This document shows, in pieces, positions 51,665-64,000 of a DNA stretch of 64,000 nucleotides. Origin of the DNA: Octopus sinensis (taxonomy: Eukaryota); assembly GCF_006345805.1 (NCBI RefSeq), contig NC_043013.1:7936001-8000000 (forward strand). The letters are read 5' to 3'. Each line of letters starts with the position of its first letter. Position 1 is the first letter of the stretch. A program made the position numbers and the translations under genes. The notes under the pieces are model-generated. The model was not told the origin of the DNA and did not search any database. It saw only the letters and a list, made by a program, of their open reading frames with translations.

Positions 51665-51990
51665 CAAAGACCCCCTTTGGTCACGAATGACCATGGGATT
51701 GCACCAAGAAAGTTCCCCTCCATGGCACAAGTCCAGTCACCCATGCATACCAGCTTCCCCTCTCCACATCGCTGATGTTACCCAAGGGAAAGGCAAAGGG
51801 GCCGATACAGCTTGGCATGAGTGATGTCACAGCTCATTTCTACAGGTGTGTGAACCAGAGCAACATGAAATAAAGAGTCTTGCTCAAGGACACAACTCAC
51901 AGCCCAATCCAAGAATCAAACTCACTAGCTCCTGATTGTGACTCCGACACTCTAACCACTGAGCCATGCACCTTCACTTGAGCCCGATGT
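51665..51990 (-). mobile_element. family E-type SINE with a third tail type
   Basis: Reverse-complement head gtgaaggtgcatggctcagtggttagagtgtcgg; CORE-like gtgtccttgagcaagac. Confidence 0.75.
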
Positions 51991-52417
51991 GCTAACCACT
52001 GAGCCATGAGCCTTCACTTGAGCCCGATGTGCTAACCACTGAGCCATGAGTCTTCACTTGAGCCCGATGTGCTAACCACTGAGCCATGAGCCTTCACTTG
52101 AGCCCGATGTGCTAACCACTGAGCCATGAGCCTTCACTTGAGCCCAATGCGCTAACCACTGAGCCATGAGCCTTCACTTGAGCCCGATGTGCTAACCACT
52201 GAGCCATGAGCCTTCACTTGAGCCCGATGCGCTAACCACTGAGCCATGCACCTTCACTTGAGCCCGATGCGCTAACCACTGAGCCATGAGCCTTCACTTG
52301 AGCCCGATGTGCTAACCACTGAGCCATGAGCCTTCACTTGAGCCCGATGTGCTAACCACTGAGCCATGAGCCTTCACTTGAGCCGATATGTTAACCACTG
52401 AGCCATGAGCCTTCACT
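51952..52417 (-). repeat. 12 x 40-bp tandem array of the SINE 5' head (A-box)
   Basis: ctaaccactgagccatgagccttcacttgagcccgatgtg with a 40-bp period from 51952. Confidence 0.95.
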
Positions 52418-52482
52418 ATTCTGCTCTACATACCAGAGAAATATTCCTCAATTCCACCAGATTGCTGCTGCTGCTACTTAAG

Positions 52483-52584
52483 ATGGTAAATTATACCATC
52501 TGGCGGTTGGTACCTACTTAGATTTAAGTGGACTTGCCAATGGACAAAACACAATCCTGATAGCAGAAAACACATTGCCGACTT
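52483..52584 (+). CDS. weak exon candidate xGKLYHLAVGTYLDLSGLANGQNTILIAENTLPT
   Basis: cttaAG acceptor, ctt|GTTAGT donor; another frame is also open to a GTAAGT donor near 52621. Confidence 0.25.
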
Positions 52585-52959
52585 GTTAGTAGTTTGCTAT
52601 TATAGAGACTGGAGCCATTTGTAAGTTTGTTTGGTACCTTGTTATGCCGATGGCTAGGTTTTAAAACGATAAGTTTGGGGAAATACTTTTAGCATCTCTC
52701 TATTTTACAACTGATCAACACTATATTACTTATTTCAGAGTTATTAGTTAGCTAGAAGTAAATGGAATTTTGTTTTTCTTTTTTACTTTTATCTGCTGTT
52801 TATAATAAGAGAAAAGTGTTCTGTAATTTCTGTTTTTTTTAAAGGTCAGGTTGATTTTGCAATAAATTTTGAGTGTATTATTAAATGATTGAACATACAG
52901 GATAAGATACTTTAGTGTAGTTGCAAACTACTTTAGAGACTGTTTTTGAAATTATATAT

Positions 52960-53474
52960 ATATCTATGTGTATGCACACACACACACACACACCACACAC
53001 ACACACACACCACACACACACACAAACACAAACACACACACATCTGTACATATATGTATACATGTGTGTGTATATATGTATGTATGTATGTATGTTTATA
53101 CACACATATATATATATATGTATATATATGTATGTATATATATATATATATGTGTGTGTGTATATATATATGTGTGTGTGTGTATATATATATATGTACA
53201 TTGTATATATACATATCTATCTATATATATATGTGTATATATATATATATGTGTGTGTGTATATATATATGTACATATATATATCTATATATATGTGTGT
53301 GTGTGTGTGTATATATATGTACATTGTACATATACATATCTATCTATATATATATATATATATAATATATATATATATATTATATATATATATATATATA
53401 ATATATATATATATATGTATGTATATATATGTGCGTGTGTATATATATGTACATATACATATCTATACATATGC

Positions 53475-53544
<70 letters not shown>

Positions 53545-53570
53545 GTATATACACACACACGTACTCACAC
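52960..53570. repeat. compound (CA)/(TA)/(TG) microsatellite with local duplications
   Basis: Direct reading. Confidence 0.95.
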
Positions 53571-54782
53571 ACTTAATTACATACTCCACTACTCCACACA
53601 CATACACACACCTCACACACACCAACTAGGTCAATTGAATAAGGCTCCTTCTATATAATTGCCAAAACAGCGCTGTCCATCTTCTTCCATTCAGCACAAC
53701 AACTTTTCTATCTCTGAGGAAATAAGATCTCGAGCAATGTAATGAATGAATGTGTCAGCATCAAGATGAGATATAGAATACTTTTGCAGTGATATTTAAG
53801 ATCTCCTAATCAAACAAGGTCAGATTTTTTCATTCTTGGTCAGACATATAGTTCACCATTAGTATTCTATATTATTGGTGGACCTAAGTCATGATAATGA
53901 TTGATATGTAGTGCAAAATCTGCTGATGACCTCTCAGACTATTTCTGCTGGAAAGAAACAGCAATCTGTTCACTCGTTCTGAGACAGTTCTCATGCAAGT
54001 GTAATCTTAGATATAGGTTATTGACTCGGTGTGGGATTAAACCTAGAATTTCTAGCTGTGATATTGAATTTAATGTCACTCTATTTGACTGCTTGTTTTA
54101 ATAATTCTTAACTTGTGCATAAAGATTTTATTTGTAACGTAAGTTAGACAGTTCTATGAATTTATATGATTGTCAGAATTGGAGAAAAAGTTTGGTGTTT
54201 TACAGTTCCATCTGTTGTTAAAGCCAGCAGCAAAGTAGAAATGTTCTTCATTTTCTTAGCTAAGAGATAAACTAAAATAAAGAGATGACATTTCAAGGCA
54301 GATACAAAACCATCAGAGCAGAGTTGTTGTACACCTAACATTAATTAATTAATCATTATGATTATCAACTGTCTGATTTACAAACAGTATTGACGAAGAT
54401 TATACAACGAAGTATCTACAATATTGGGAAAACTATAGAAGACTAAATCTTGTCCATTTCATTTATTTTATTACTAGTTTCAACCAACAGGCTGTGGTCA
54501 TGTTTGGTAACCATGTTTGAAGGTCTTTATTCATTCATATTCGTCTCAGTACCTTTTTCAGTCTTGACTTTATTTCTGTTAATCTCCGTCTTTCAAATGG
54601 TTATCTTTTTACTTTATATGTTTGGTCTGTGTTCATATTATGACATGTCTAAATTAACTCATCCCAAACATTCATTTGGCTGATGGTATCTTCAAATCAT
54701 GACATCTGAGGAAGTGAACGAACTGTTGAATTATTACATATTTCCATATATTATGACATACATTATATAACATTGTATGAAT

Positions 54783-55082
54783 TTGTTCCTTCTCAAGCCA
54801 CGCCTGACTCATAAGGGCCAGTTTCCCGGTTTCCTTGGTGTATAGGTTCCCCACCTGGATGGGACACTGGTCTGTTGCAGGTGAGCTGCAAGATGCAGGA
54901 GGAAAGAGTAAGAGAAAGTTGAGGCGAAAGAGTCAGCAGAAGTTTGCCATTACCTTCTGCTGGAGCCGCATGGAACTTAGGTGTTTTGCTCATAAACACA
55001 CACATTGCCCGGTCTGAGATTTGAACCTGCGATCCCTCAACCACGAGTCCGCTGCTCTAACCACTAGGCCATGTACCTCCAC
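54783..55082 (-). mobile_element. family C SINE (second tail type) with 14-bp TSD
   Basis: acattgtatgaatt at 54770-54783 and 55081-55094. Confidence 0.92.
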
Positions 55083-56054
55083 ATTGTATGAATTACATAA
55101 CATTATATGAGATATGGAATAAAAGTATCATCAGTTCACAGAAACAATTGTAATGACAATTTGACTACTACTTTCCTCATTTAGATTATTACTTTTATTA
55201 TTCATTCTGCAGGGCTTATTTTCAACCTACATGATCTTACTTTGGAAATGTGTAGTGCTCCCATTTATATCAATTGAGGTCTTACTGATCTTCCTTTGAT
55301 TTTGGAATACTATGCTAGCCAGGATCCAGCATGATGAGCTAATGAGGAGATATCCAAGACTATATTACCCTCTCTATCCCTCTCCCTCCCTCTCTCACTC
55401 TCTCACTCTCTCTCTCTCACACACACACACACATACACACACACATATATACATATAACTCCAAAACAATTACAAAATATACAGAAACTGGTGCATCTTT
55501 AAAGTTTTTTGATTTAACAGTTGATTATACAGCATAATTAATCCTTGGTGCTTCTTCCTACTTGATGTGGTTAGCTGGAACCTGGACCTCTTATGGTACA
55601 CACCTCTCAGACCTCTTATGGTACACACCTGGATAATTTATCCCTATATACTCATTGTATATATCTTTGTATCTTGGGAGGGTCATTATGCAAATAATAA
55701 ACACATGCACTGGTTCAATTTCACTTCTTTTTATTATTTGTTAAATGCTTAACTATTCAACCAACTAACTAATCAACTCTTTGAATAATCATTTGATTAA
55801 TCAATCAGTTAATTATATTTGTCAAATGAAATACTTAATAAACACCTCTTAATAGTTATAGTTACAATAGTTGTTGAGAGTGTGTCAGGATTGGATTAAA
55901 ATGAATAGGGTCAAGTGTGGGCTTATACTAAGTTTGGTTACACAGCTGCTTTATTATGGTTGAGCAAAAAGTTGGGCCCTTTATTCTGCTATCTTGTATG
56001 TATTTATGTCATATACAAGGAGTGCCATGTCATTGTTGTCATCACCATCACCAC

Positions 56055-56095
<41 letters not shown>

Positions 56096-56294
56096 CTAGG
56101 CCTGTACTATCAATGTGCTGTTAACACGTGTCTACCATCACTACTATCGCCAGTACCATCATCATCATCATTGTTGTTGTTATCATTGTTGTTGTTGTCG
56201 TCATCGTTGTCATCATCGTTGTCGTCATCATCATCATGTTCATTACCATCATCATTACCATCATCATCATCACCGTCATTATTAACATCATTGG

Positions 56295-56631
56295 CACCTT
56301 GGGCAAGCGTCTTCTACTATAGCCTCGGGCCAACCAAAGCCTTGTGAGTGGATTTGGTAGATGGAAACTGAAAGAAGCCTGTCGTATATATGTATATATA
56401 TATATGTATGTGTGTGTATATGTTTGTGTGTCTGTGTTTGTCCCCCAACATCGCTTGACAACCGACGCTGGTGTGTTTACGTCCCCATAACTTAGCAGTT
56501 CAGCAAAAGAGACCGATAGAATAAGTACTAGGCTCAGAAACAATAAGTCCTGGGGTCCATTTGCTCAACTAAAGGCAGTGCTCCAGCATGGCCACGGTCA
56601 CATGCCTGAAACAAGTAAAAGAGCAAAAGAG
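56295..56631 (+). mobile_element. 5'-truncated family B SINE
   Basis: Starts at ggcaccttgggcaag. Confidence 0.85.
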
Positions 56632-57069
56632 TATATGTCTACTTTTCTGTGCTTGCATGGGTCAAATGAGTGTAAGTTGGGGTGGAGTTTTCTATGGTTG
56701 GATGCCCTTCCTGGTGCCAACCCCTATATGTTTCCAAGCGAGGTAATAAGTTTTCCGGTCTGTTGAACAACAAACAACCCAGGCATGGTTACACAAAGAT
56801 ATGAAAATTAATGACACCGTACGGATGAGGTTCTTCTTTATATAGATGAATCAACAGGATAAGACGTGTCATGAAGGCTTAATGGTGCTTTGGTGGCTGT
56901 GGATTGCAGGCAAAGAGCACCAGCTGTATGAACAGTAAAACCTTTGTTTACAATCAACAAGCACACAGGAAAATACAACTTCATACATACAGAAACATGT
57001 GCATGGCCACACACACATACATACACACACAAACAGACACATAGACACAAGCACACAGACACTGATTTG

Positions 57070-57103
57070 ATATAATACATACATACATACATACATACAT
57101 ACA

Positions 57104-57139
<36 letters not shown>

Positions 57140-57218
57140 TACACAGATAGATAGATGTAGATATAGATATATATGTATATAAATATTTAATATATATACA
57201 TAGATATATGTATATGTG

Positions 57219-57268
<50 letters not shown>

Positions 57269-57357
57269 TATATATATATACATATACATATATACATACA
57301 TATATATGCATATATATATATATATATATATACATATACATACATACATATATATGT

Positions 57358-57394
<37 letters not shown>

Positions 57395-57515
57395 CATACA
57401 TACATACATACATACATACATACATACATACATGCATACACACACACACACACACACACACGCACATACATATATATGTATGTATATGTATGTATATGTA
57501 TGTATGTATAAATAT
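57070..57515. repeat. compound (TACA)/(TA)/(CA) microsatellite
   Basis: Direct reading. Confidence 0.95.
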
Positions 57516-57689
57516 AAACAAACATTTGTTTTTATAAGCATCAAAATGTGTATAGAATGATGCAAATATGCTGATATTTTGTATTTGAATGCAGAATTGC
57601 TGCTAGAACAGCAGAAATACTGAGTAAATTACTCTTACGAAGCAGAAAAATTTGTCAACGACCAGCCATCCACTCATGAGACTCAAACC

Positions 57690-57830
57690 TATATCCCTCA
57701 AAGACTCTGGCTGAGTTCTTTACCATTATGGTGAACTCCTATCTAAAATACCAGACCAGCCACCGATACAAGGTTATACTGAAGGAAGATCTTTCCATAC
57801 ATAAATAAGAATAGATCTCTTTCTCTCTAC
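57690..57830 (+). pseudogene. possible decayed CR1-like C-terminus
   Basis: GELLSKIPDQPPIQGY resembles the CR1 motif LD..L..IPDQP..GY. Confidence 0.35.
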
Positions 57831-58128
57831 ATCATTCAAGGGAGTAGAGACATAGAATACTGAAACATCTATACATTCATATATACATACATGCTTACAC
57901 ACACCACACCCACACGATTTTATATACATCTCATAAACTAATTTTATTGATTGACTCTTCTGGTGTTCTTGTTATATGGATACCCTACACTATTTGAGTA
58001 CTCTGTGGACTGATAACCAAGCCCGTAAGAGGAGCTTACTGTGGTAGCCACATAATTCTCAGAATCTACATCTTGTACTATTCATTTACATACCCCACCC
58101 CACATATATGTATGTATATATGTATGTG

Positions 58129-58163
<35 letters not shown>

Positions 58164-58264
58164 ATATATATATATATATCATCATCATATATTATAATTA
58201 TTTGAGGGAATATTATTATTTAGAAAAACTAAATCAAATTTCACAAAATATTATATATATATTT

Positions 58265-58412
58265 TGGCGTTAGGAAGGGCATCCAGCTGTAGAAACACTG
58301 CCAGATCTGACTGGCCTGGTGCAGCCTTCGGGCTCCCCAGACCCCAGTTGAACCGTCCAACCCATGCTAGCATGGAAAGCGGACGTTAAATGATAATGAT
58401 GATGATGATGAT
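58265..58412 (+). mobile_element. family A retroposon, 5'-truncated
   Basis: ttggcgttaggaagggcatcc...ggacgttaaatgataatgatg. Confidence 0.9.
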
Positions 58413-58689
58413 ATAAATTAGAAAAAACCCCACCTTTTATCAATTCAAAGGGAACAATTAAATTACACCATCTAGAAAATTACATATAATACAAATATTA
58501 AAAATATAATAATAATATGCCAATGATTAAATAAATTGCAAAATAATAATAAAAATTTTGCAATTTTCTTAATCATTGGCATATTATTGTTGTTTTATTT
58601 TTAATCTTTCTATTATATGTAATTTTCTAGATGGTATAATTTAATTGTTCCCTTTGAATTGATAAGAGGTGTTTTTTTTCTAATTTATA
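58412..58689. repeat. fold-back inverted repeat (~130-bp arms)
   Basis: tataaattagaaaaaaccccaccttttatcaattcaaagggaacaattaaatt... mirrored to ...ctaatttata. Confidence 0.92.
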
Positions 58690-58737
<48 letters not shown>

Positions 58738-59142
58738 TAATAATAAAATATATGCATACATACATACATATATGTACGTACCTACATCTACATGTATATA
58801 TACATGCCACCTTCGAAACACGCTGGAGTTGAACTAGGGACAGCTGATGAAGGGGATTTCTCCTTGTGTAGTTTGTCTTGTACTCTGTTATTTTCAGTTA
58901 GGTCCGTTTCCACGTTTGCTTTTACGTTTTTGTTTCTCGTTGAGTTCTACGTCTACTTGTGGTGTCCTGTACCCACGTATATATATTTATATATGCATGT
59001 ATATATACATGTAGATGTAGGTACGTACATATATGTATTTATGTATGCATATATTTTATTTATTACACTATTGTATGACTGAGTGCCCTCGCGTCGATTC
59101 GATTCGTTTTCGTTTCGTTTCATCTCCTCCAAGTAAGTTTTG

Positions 59143-59178
<36 letters not shown>

Positions 59179-59217
59179 TTATATATATATGTGTGTATGT
59201 ATGTATGTATGTATGTA

Positions 59218-59600
59218 GAAAGTTTAAAATTAGAAAACATCTTTAAAAGTTTCAATGCTGACAAACTAAAATGTTTCAATGTTGATAAATTAACCAGTTC
59301 AAAACAGAAGGTGTAAGTTTGAATGTTGATAGAAGTCAATAAAATTAAAACTGTATATCAATTTGTTTGAACGTACAAAGTTCATTAATTTTAGTGGTGG
59401 TCGACAAGTCATACCGAAAAAAATAAGTGTGAAATAAAAATAGTAAACAAAATGGAATTTGCTTTACCGTTTCTCTGATCCTCTTCAAATAGACGCTTTC
59501 GCTTGCAGTGGTATGTTTTGGGATCAAATGAATTTATAATTTTTTCTTTGAGTAACAACATTTGAAACTTTTAAAGATGTTTTCTAATTTTAAACTTTTA
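59218..59600. mobile_element. MITE with ~40-bp TIRs
   Basis: aaagtttaaaattagaaaacatctttaaaagtttcaa / ttgaaacttttaaagatgttttctaattttaaacttt. Confidence 0.75.
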
Positions 59601-59804
59601 CCATTGATAAACAAAAAATATTGTTGAAACTAGTTTGGTATATATATGTAAATAAATGTATTTTAAACATTTACAAGTTCTTGAAATTTAAGTGCATTTT
59701 CAACAGCACTTTTTCGTATATGTGTGTGTGTATATATATATATATACCTATGTGTATGTATGTATATGTATATATAATATCATGCTATATGTTTATGTAT
59801 TGTA

Positions 59805-59860
<56 letters not shown>

Positions 59861-60001
59861 ATATATATATAAATGCATATATATATGTATATATATATGT
59901 ATGTATATGTATTATATATATGCATATATGTTTATGTATTATATGTTAATATAATATATATAAATGCATATATATATGTATATATTTATGTTTGTATATA
60001 C

Positions 60002-60032
<31 letters not shown>

Positions 60033-60799
60033 TGTATGTATCTATCTATCTCTCTCTCTCTCTCTATTATATATATTATACACATATATGTATGTATATT
60101 ATATGTAATATTATATTATATATATGTATATTATATTATATATATATGTGTATGTATGTATATATTATATATATGTATGTATATATATATATATGTGAAA
60201 AGGTTTAATTTACTGAGGTGAGTGACTATCATATTTATTTACATGCACGCACACACATAAACACACACATAAACACACACATAGATAGATACACAACTGG
60301 CTTCTTTCCGTGTCCATATACCAAGTCTACCAAGAGCTATCATAGAAGACATTTGTCCAAGGTGCCATACAGTAGGACGGAACCCAAAACCACATGACTG
60401 GAAATCGAACCTCTTTCCTTCACACATACACCCTTGTGTCTAGCTGCTATTTTCTTCCCTTTATAAGATAGTACGATATGATTTGCAGTAATTAAGCCTA
60501 CGCCCTGTTTAAAGGGAAAACAGCCATATCATTTTCCATGGATTCTATGCAGTGGATTCTGAGACATTTGTATGCTAAGTTTGAAATGAGTTGCTTTAAG
60601 TTAATCACCTGGAGTTTCAAGCATCAGTTGATAATATTGGCAGGTGTTTCTAAAAACTGAGCAGAATATGAGGAATTATTTAATTCAGTTTGAAAGCAGA
60701 AGTAGATAAAAACTTAATGCCATGTAGTTCTTTTAGCTAATGGATAGGGGAAAAGTATACTGGGACTTCAGGTGGATTCAATATTTTAAATGTACAAGG

Positions 60800-61198
60800 T
60801 GCAGGCATGGGTGTGTGGTTGAGTGGTTTATTTTCCAATCACATTGTTTCTGGTTCAGTCCCACTGTATGGCACCTTGTGCAAGTGTCTTCTACTATAGC
60901 TCTGGGCCAGCTAAAGCCTTGTGAGCTGACCAAAGCTTTGTGAGTGGATTTGGTTGACAGAAACTGAAAGAAGCCCATCGTAAATATATATATGTGTGTG
61001 TGTGTCTGTGTTTGTCTCCCCACCTTCGCTTGACAACTGATGTTGGTGTGTTTACATCTCCATAACTTAGTGGTTTGGCAAAAGAGACTGATAGAATGAG
61101 TACTAGGCTTACAAAGAATAAGTCCTGGAGGCAGTTTGTTCAACTAAAGGCGGTGCTACAGCATGACTGCAGTCAAATGATTGAAACAAGTAAAATAA
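60800..61198 (+). mobile_element. family B SINE, diverged
   Basis: Head through tail recognisable. Confidence 0.8.
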
Positions 61199-62852
61199 TA
61201 TATATGCATGTATGTATGTATGTATTTATATATGATTGTATGTAGTGTGTGTGTGTATGTATGTGAGTGTAAGAATGTTTGCATTTCCTTATCATGACAT
61301 TCTGTGATTATGAGTTATCATTCATTTCCTGTCTTCCATGAAGACATGTGCAGCCATGGCAAAACATTACATGACTTAGAAACAGGAGAGGGTTTGTGAC
61401 AGGAAGAGCATCCTGGCATAGAAAATCTACCTCAATAAACTCCATCTGACCTATGTAAGCCAGGACAAGTGGAAGTTAAAAACAAATGCAGCTGCTGATG
61501 CTGATGATGATAATGATGATGATGATGATGATGACAATGTGAGCAAATGAAGTTTAAAAACCATTAGGTCGCTTCAATAGATCATGGGGTATAATAGCTG
61601 CATTTTATTTGTAGAATTGCCGGTATAATGAGTAGAGGCAGCAGTAATTAGGGAGTATCTTTGTCGCAAAACAGGAAGGAGTTGTTTTTTTGTTGATAAT
61701 AACATAATTATTGTTGCAATAACTGGAACTGAAATGAAATATCTGGTTGAAAGATGAAATTACATGTGTGTGTGTGTATGCATATCTGTGTGTGTGCATT
61801 TGTGTGCATGTGCATCCGTGTGTGTGTTTTGTGTGTGTACTAAAGATGAAGTGTCTGTGATAGGTGTAGGCATGATGAGAATATGCGATGTGTGTTTGGG
61901 AAAAAACAAAGCATTTAAAATGCTATTAAATTCAGTTCAATAATGATGAGAATAGTGGTATTTTGTGTGGATATTATGTTTGTATAAATGCACAACCTAA
62001 TAGTTAGTTGCAGGAATTGAAGCAAAAACATCTGAGTTGGAAATTTAATACTTTAGTATCTTTAATAGCTTTATTAACTGTTGCTCAATTGTGTTGAAAA
62101 GATATTTAGTACTGAAATTTTGTGGGTGGGGAACATTCAATTACAATTATCCCAGTATTTCACTGGCACTTTATTTTTGTTGTGGTGGGCACCCACTAAT
62201 GAGAAGTGGGCTGTTCCACTACTGTTAAATAGTGGACAGACACAACAAGCCGGGTCAGTTGGCAAGGTATGCCATATGGGCCAGTCATGCAAAACAATGA
62301 AATACATAGTCATAATGCTGGACATATCAGTGGCAACAAGGATTCTTTCCATTGTATAATGGTGTCATTATAACAGTGGTAACAGCCAGCAGGGTCAGTC
62401 AGTGAGGTACAGGGCCAGTCACACAAGATGACAAAATATGTTGTTATAATGCAAGACATATCAATTTTATTGATTCCAAAAGGAAGAACGGCAAAGTTAG
62501 CCTTGGTGGAATGTGAACACAATGTAAAATGCTTGGGGAGAAACTGCTAAGTTTTTTGTTCAGTGTGTTAATGTTTCTGTCAGCTTGCAAAAATATAATA
62601 CTGTCTACTATAGCCACATGACCTGAACTTTGTGGGGAGTGGGGCTAATCAATTACATCAACCCCAGTATTTGACTGATACTCATTTTATCGACCATAAA
62701 AAGGATGGAAGGCAAAGTTGACCTTGGTGGAATTTGAACTCAGTACATGAAGAGTTGGAAGAAATGCTGCTAAAAGAAATACCCAGCATACTAGCAATTC
62801 TACCAGCCTGTAGAAAGTAATCTTTTCTATAATAGTCACAAGGCCTGAAACC

Positions 62853-63020
62853 ACGGAGTGGTTGGCGTTAGGAAGGGCATCCAGCTGTAGAAACACTGCC
62901 AGATCAGACTGGAGCCTGCTGCAGCCTCCTGGCTTCCCAGACCCCGGTCGAACCGTCTAACCCATGCTGGCATGGAAAACGGACGTTAAACGAGGATGAT
63001 GATGATGATGATGATGATGG
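62853..63020 (+). mobile_element. family A retroposon nested among family D remnants
   Basis: cggagtggttggcgttagg...aaacgaggatgatgat. Confidence 0.85.
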
Positions 63021-63893
63021 GGATTGTAGATCACATTGATCTCAGTATTTGGCTGGTACTTATTTTATTAATCCCAAAAAGGATGAAAAGTAAAGCTGGT
63101 CTCAGTAGGATTTGAACTCAGAATGTTAAGATCCAGAAGGAATATTGCTAAGCATTTTGTCCAGCATGCTAATGATTCTGCCAGCTTGTATGAAATGTTG
63201 ACAGTATTTGATATATTAACCAAGATACATGTCTGTCTAATCGTCTGTGATCCAATGAGAAAGCTTCTGTGTGGTCATTCAACCTGCTTAAAATAACAAC
63301 CAAATTTTGTCTTCAAATTACCCCCTACCACATTGAATAACGTAATTCTAGATGACTGGATAATGTAATTCTAGATGCATCGTCTAAAAAAACAAAAAAC
63401 AAAAAAAAAAACACAGACAAGATAGTCTTGAATGAGAAGCTTTTGATCATATGTCTCTTTGATCAGGGTTGACCTGGGATTAAACAACAACCACAACAAC
63501 AACAACAATAACCTACAGCTATTATGTTATGTCCTAAGGCAAAAACACATTAGTCAGTCTAGTTGAAAATTGATGTCATTTGTAGTGCTATAGTCAAATA
63601 ATAGTTAGTAACAGTCAGGGCATCCAGCTGTAAAAAATGAACACATCATTTATTCATATGCAAATATCCCATTTAACAAAGACGATGCTATCTCAGTGTT
63701 TAATGTAAAACTAACTGCAAGTTGTTGTTATGTCTTGTAATAGATGTCAAGTGTGGCTGTACGGTTATGAAGTTTGCTTTCCGACTATTTAGTTCCAGGT
63801 TCAAACTCAGCATAGCACTTTGAATGTCTTTTACAGCTTCAGAAATACCAATGTCTTGAGAATGGAATTTGGTAGATGGAAACAGCACTTTTA

Positions 63894-63924
<31 letters not shown>

Positions 63925-64000
63925 ATATATATATATATAGTTGAGCGTGATCGTTGTCAGCGTCGCCTCACTGGCACTTGTGCCGGTGGCACGTGGACAA

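Noticed and set aside
51952-52417. CRISPR-like array
   Set aside because: No unique spacers, eukaryotic context, and the unit is a SINE head.
58808-58856. Type-II hammerhead
   Set aside because: Core words are present but stem I does not pair.

Overview
AT-rich, microsatellite-saturated eukaryotic nuclear DNA. The short-retroposon repertoire looks like an octopus (coleoid cephalopod) genome; this is pattern recognition, not a database match. No complete gene is recognisable, and nearly all listed ORFs are translations of (TA)n/(CA)n/(TATC)n tracts or of SINE bodies. Real content: (1) dozens of copies of about five short retroposon families, several with target-site duplications and nested in one another; (2) decayed 3' fragments of RTE, CR1 and HERO-like LINEs and of a Helitron; (3) Tc1/mariner-, piggyBac-, hAT-, Merlin- and Helentron-type MITEs; (4) a CpG-richer zone at about 14.5-18.7 kb with a perfect palindromic E2F site, probably a promoter, followed by several weak + strand exon candidates of an unidentified gene. 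The most striking signal is a set of small elements embedded in (TA)n tracts. At least seven unrelated sequence families each carry a minimal type-I hammerhead ribozyme fold (CUGANGA...GAAA, palindromic stem III, family-specific covarying stem I). Two show apparently family-fixed core variants (U4C; A6U), and several sit in tandem or inverted pseudo-LTR-like arrangements typical of Penelope-like elements.
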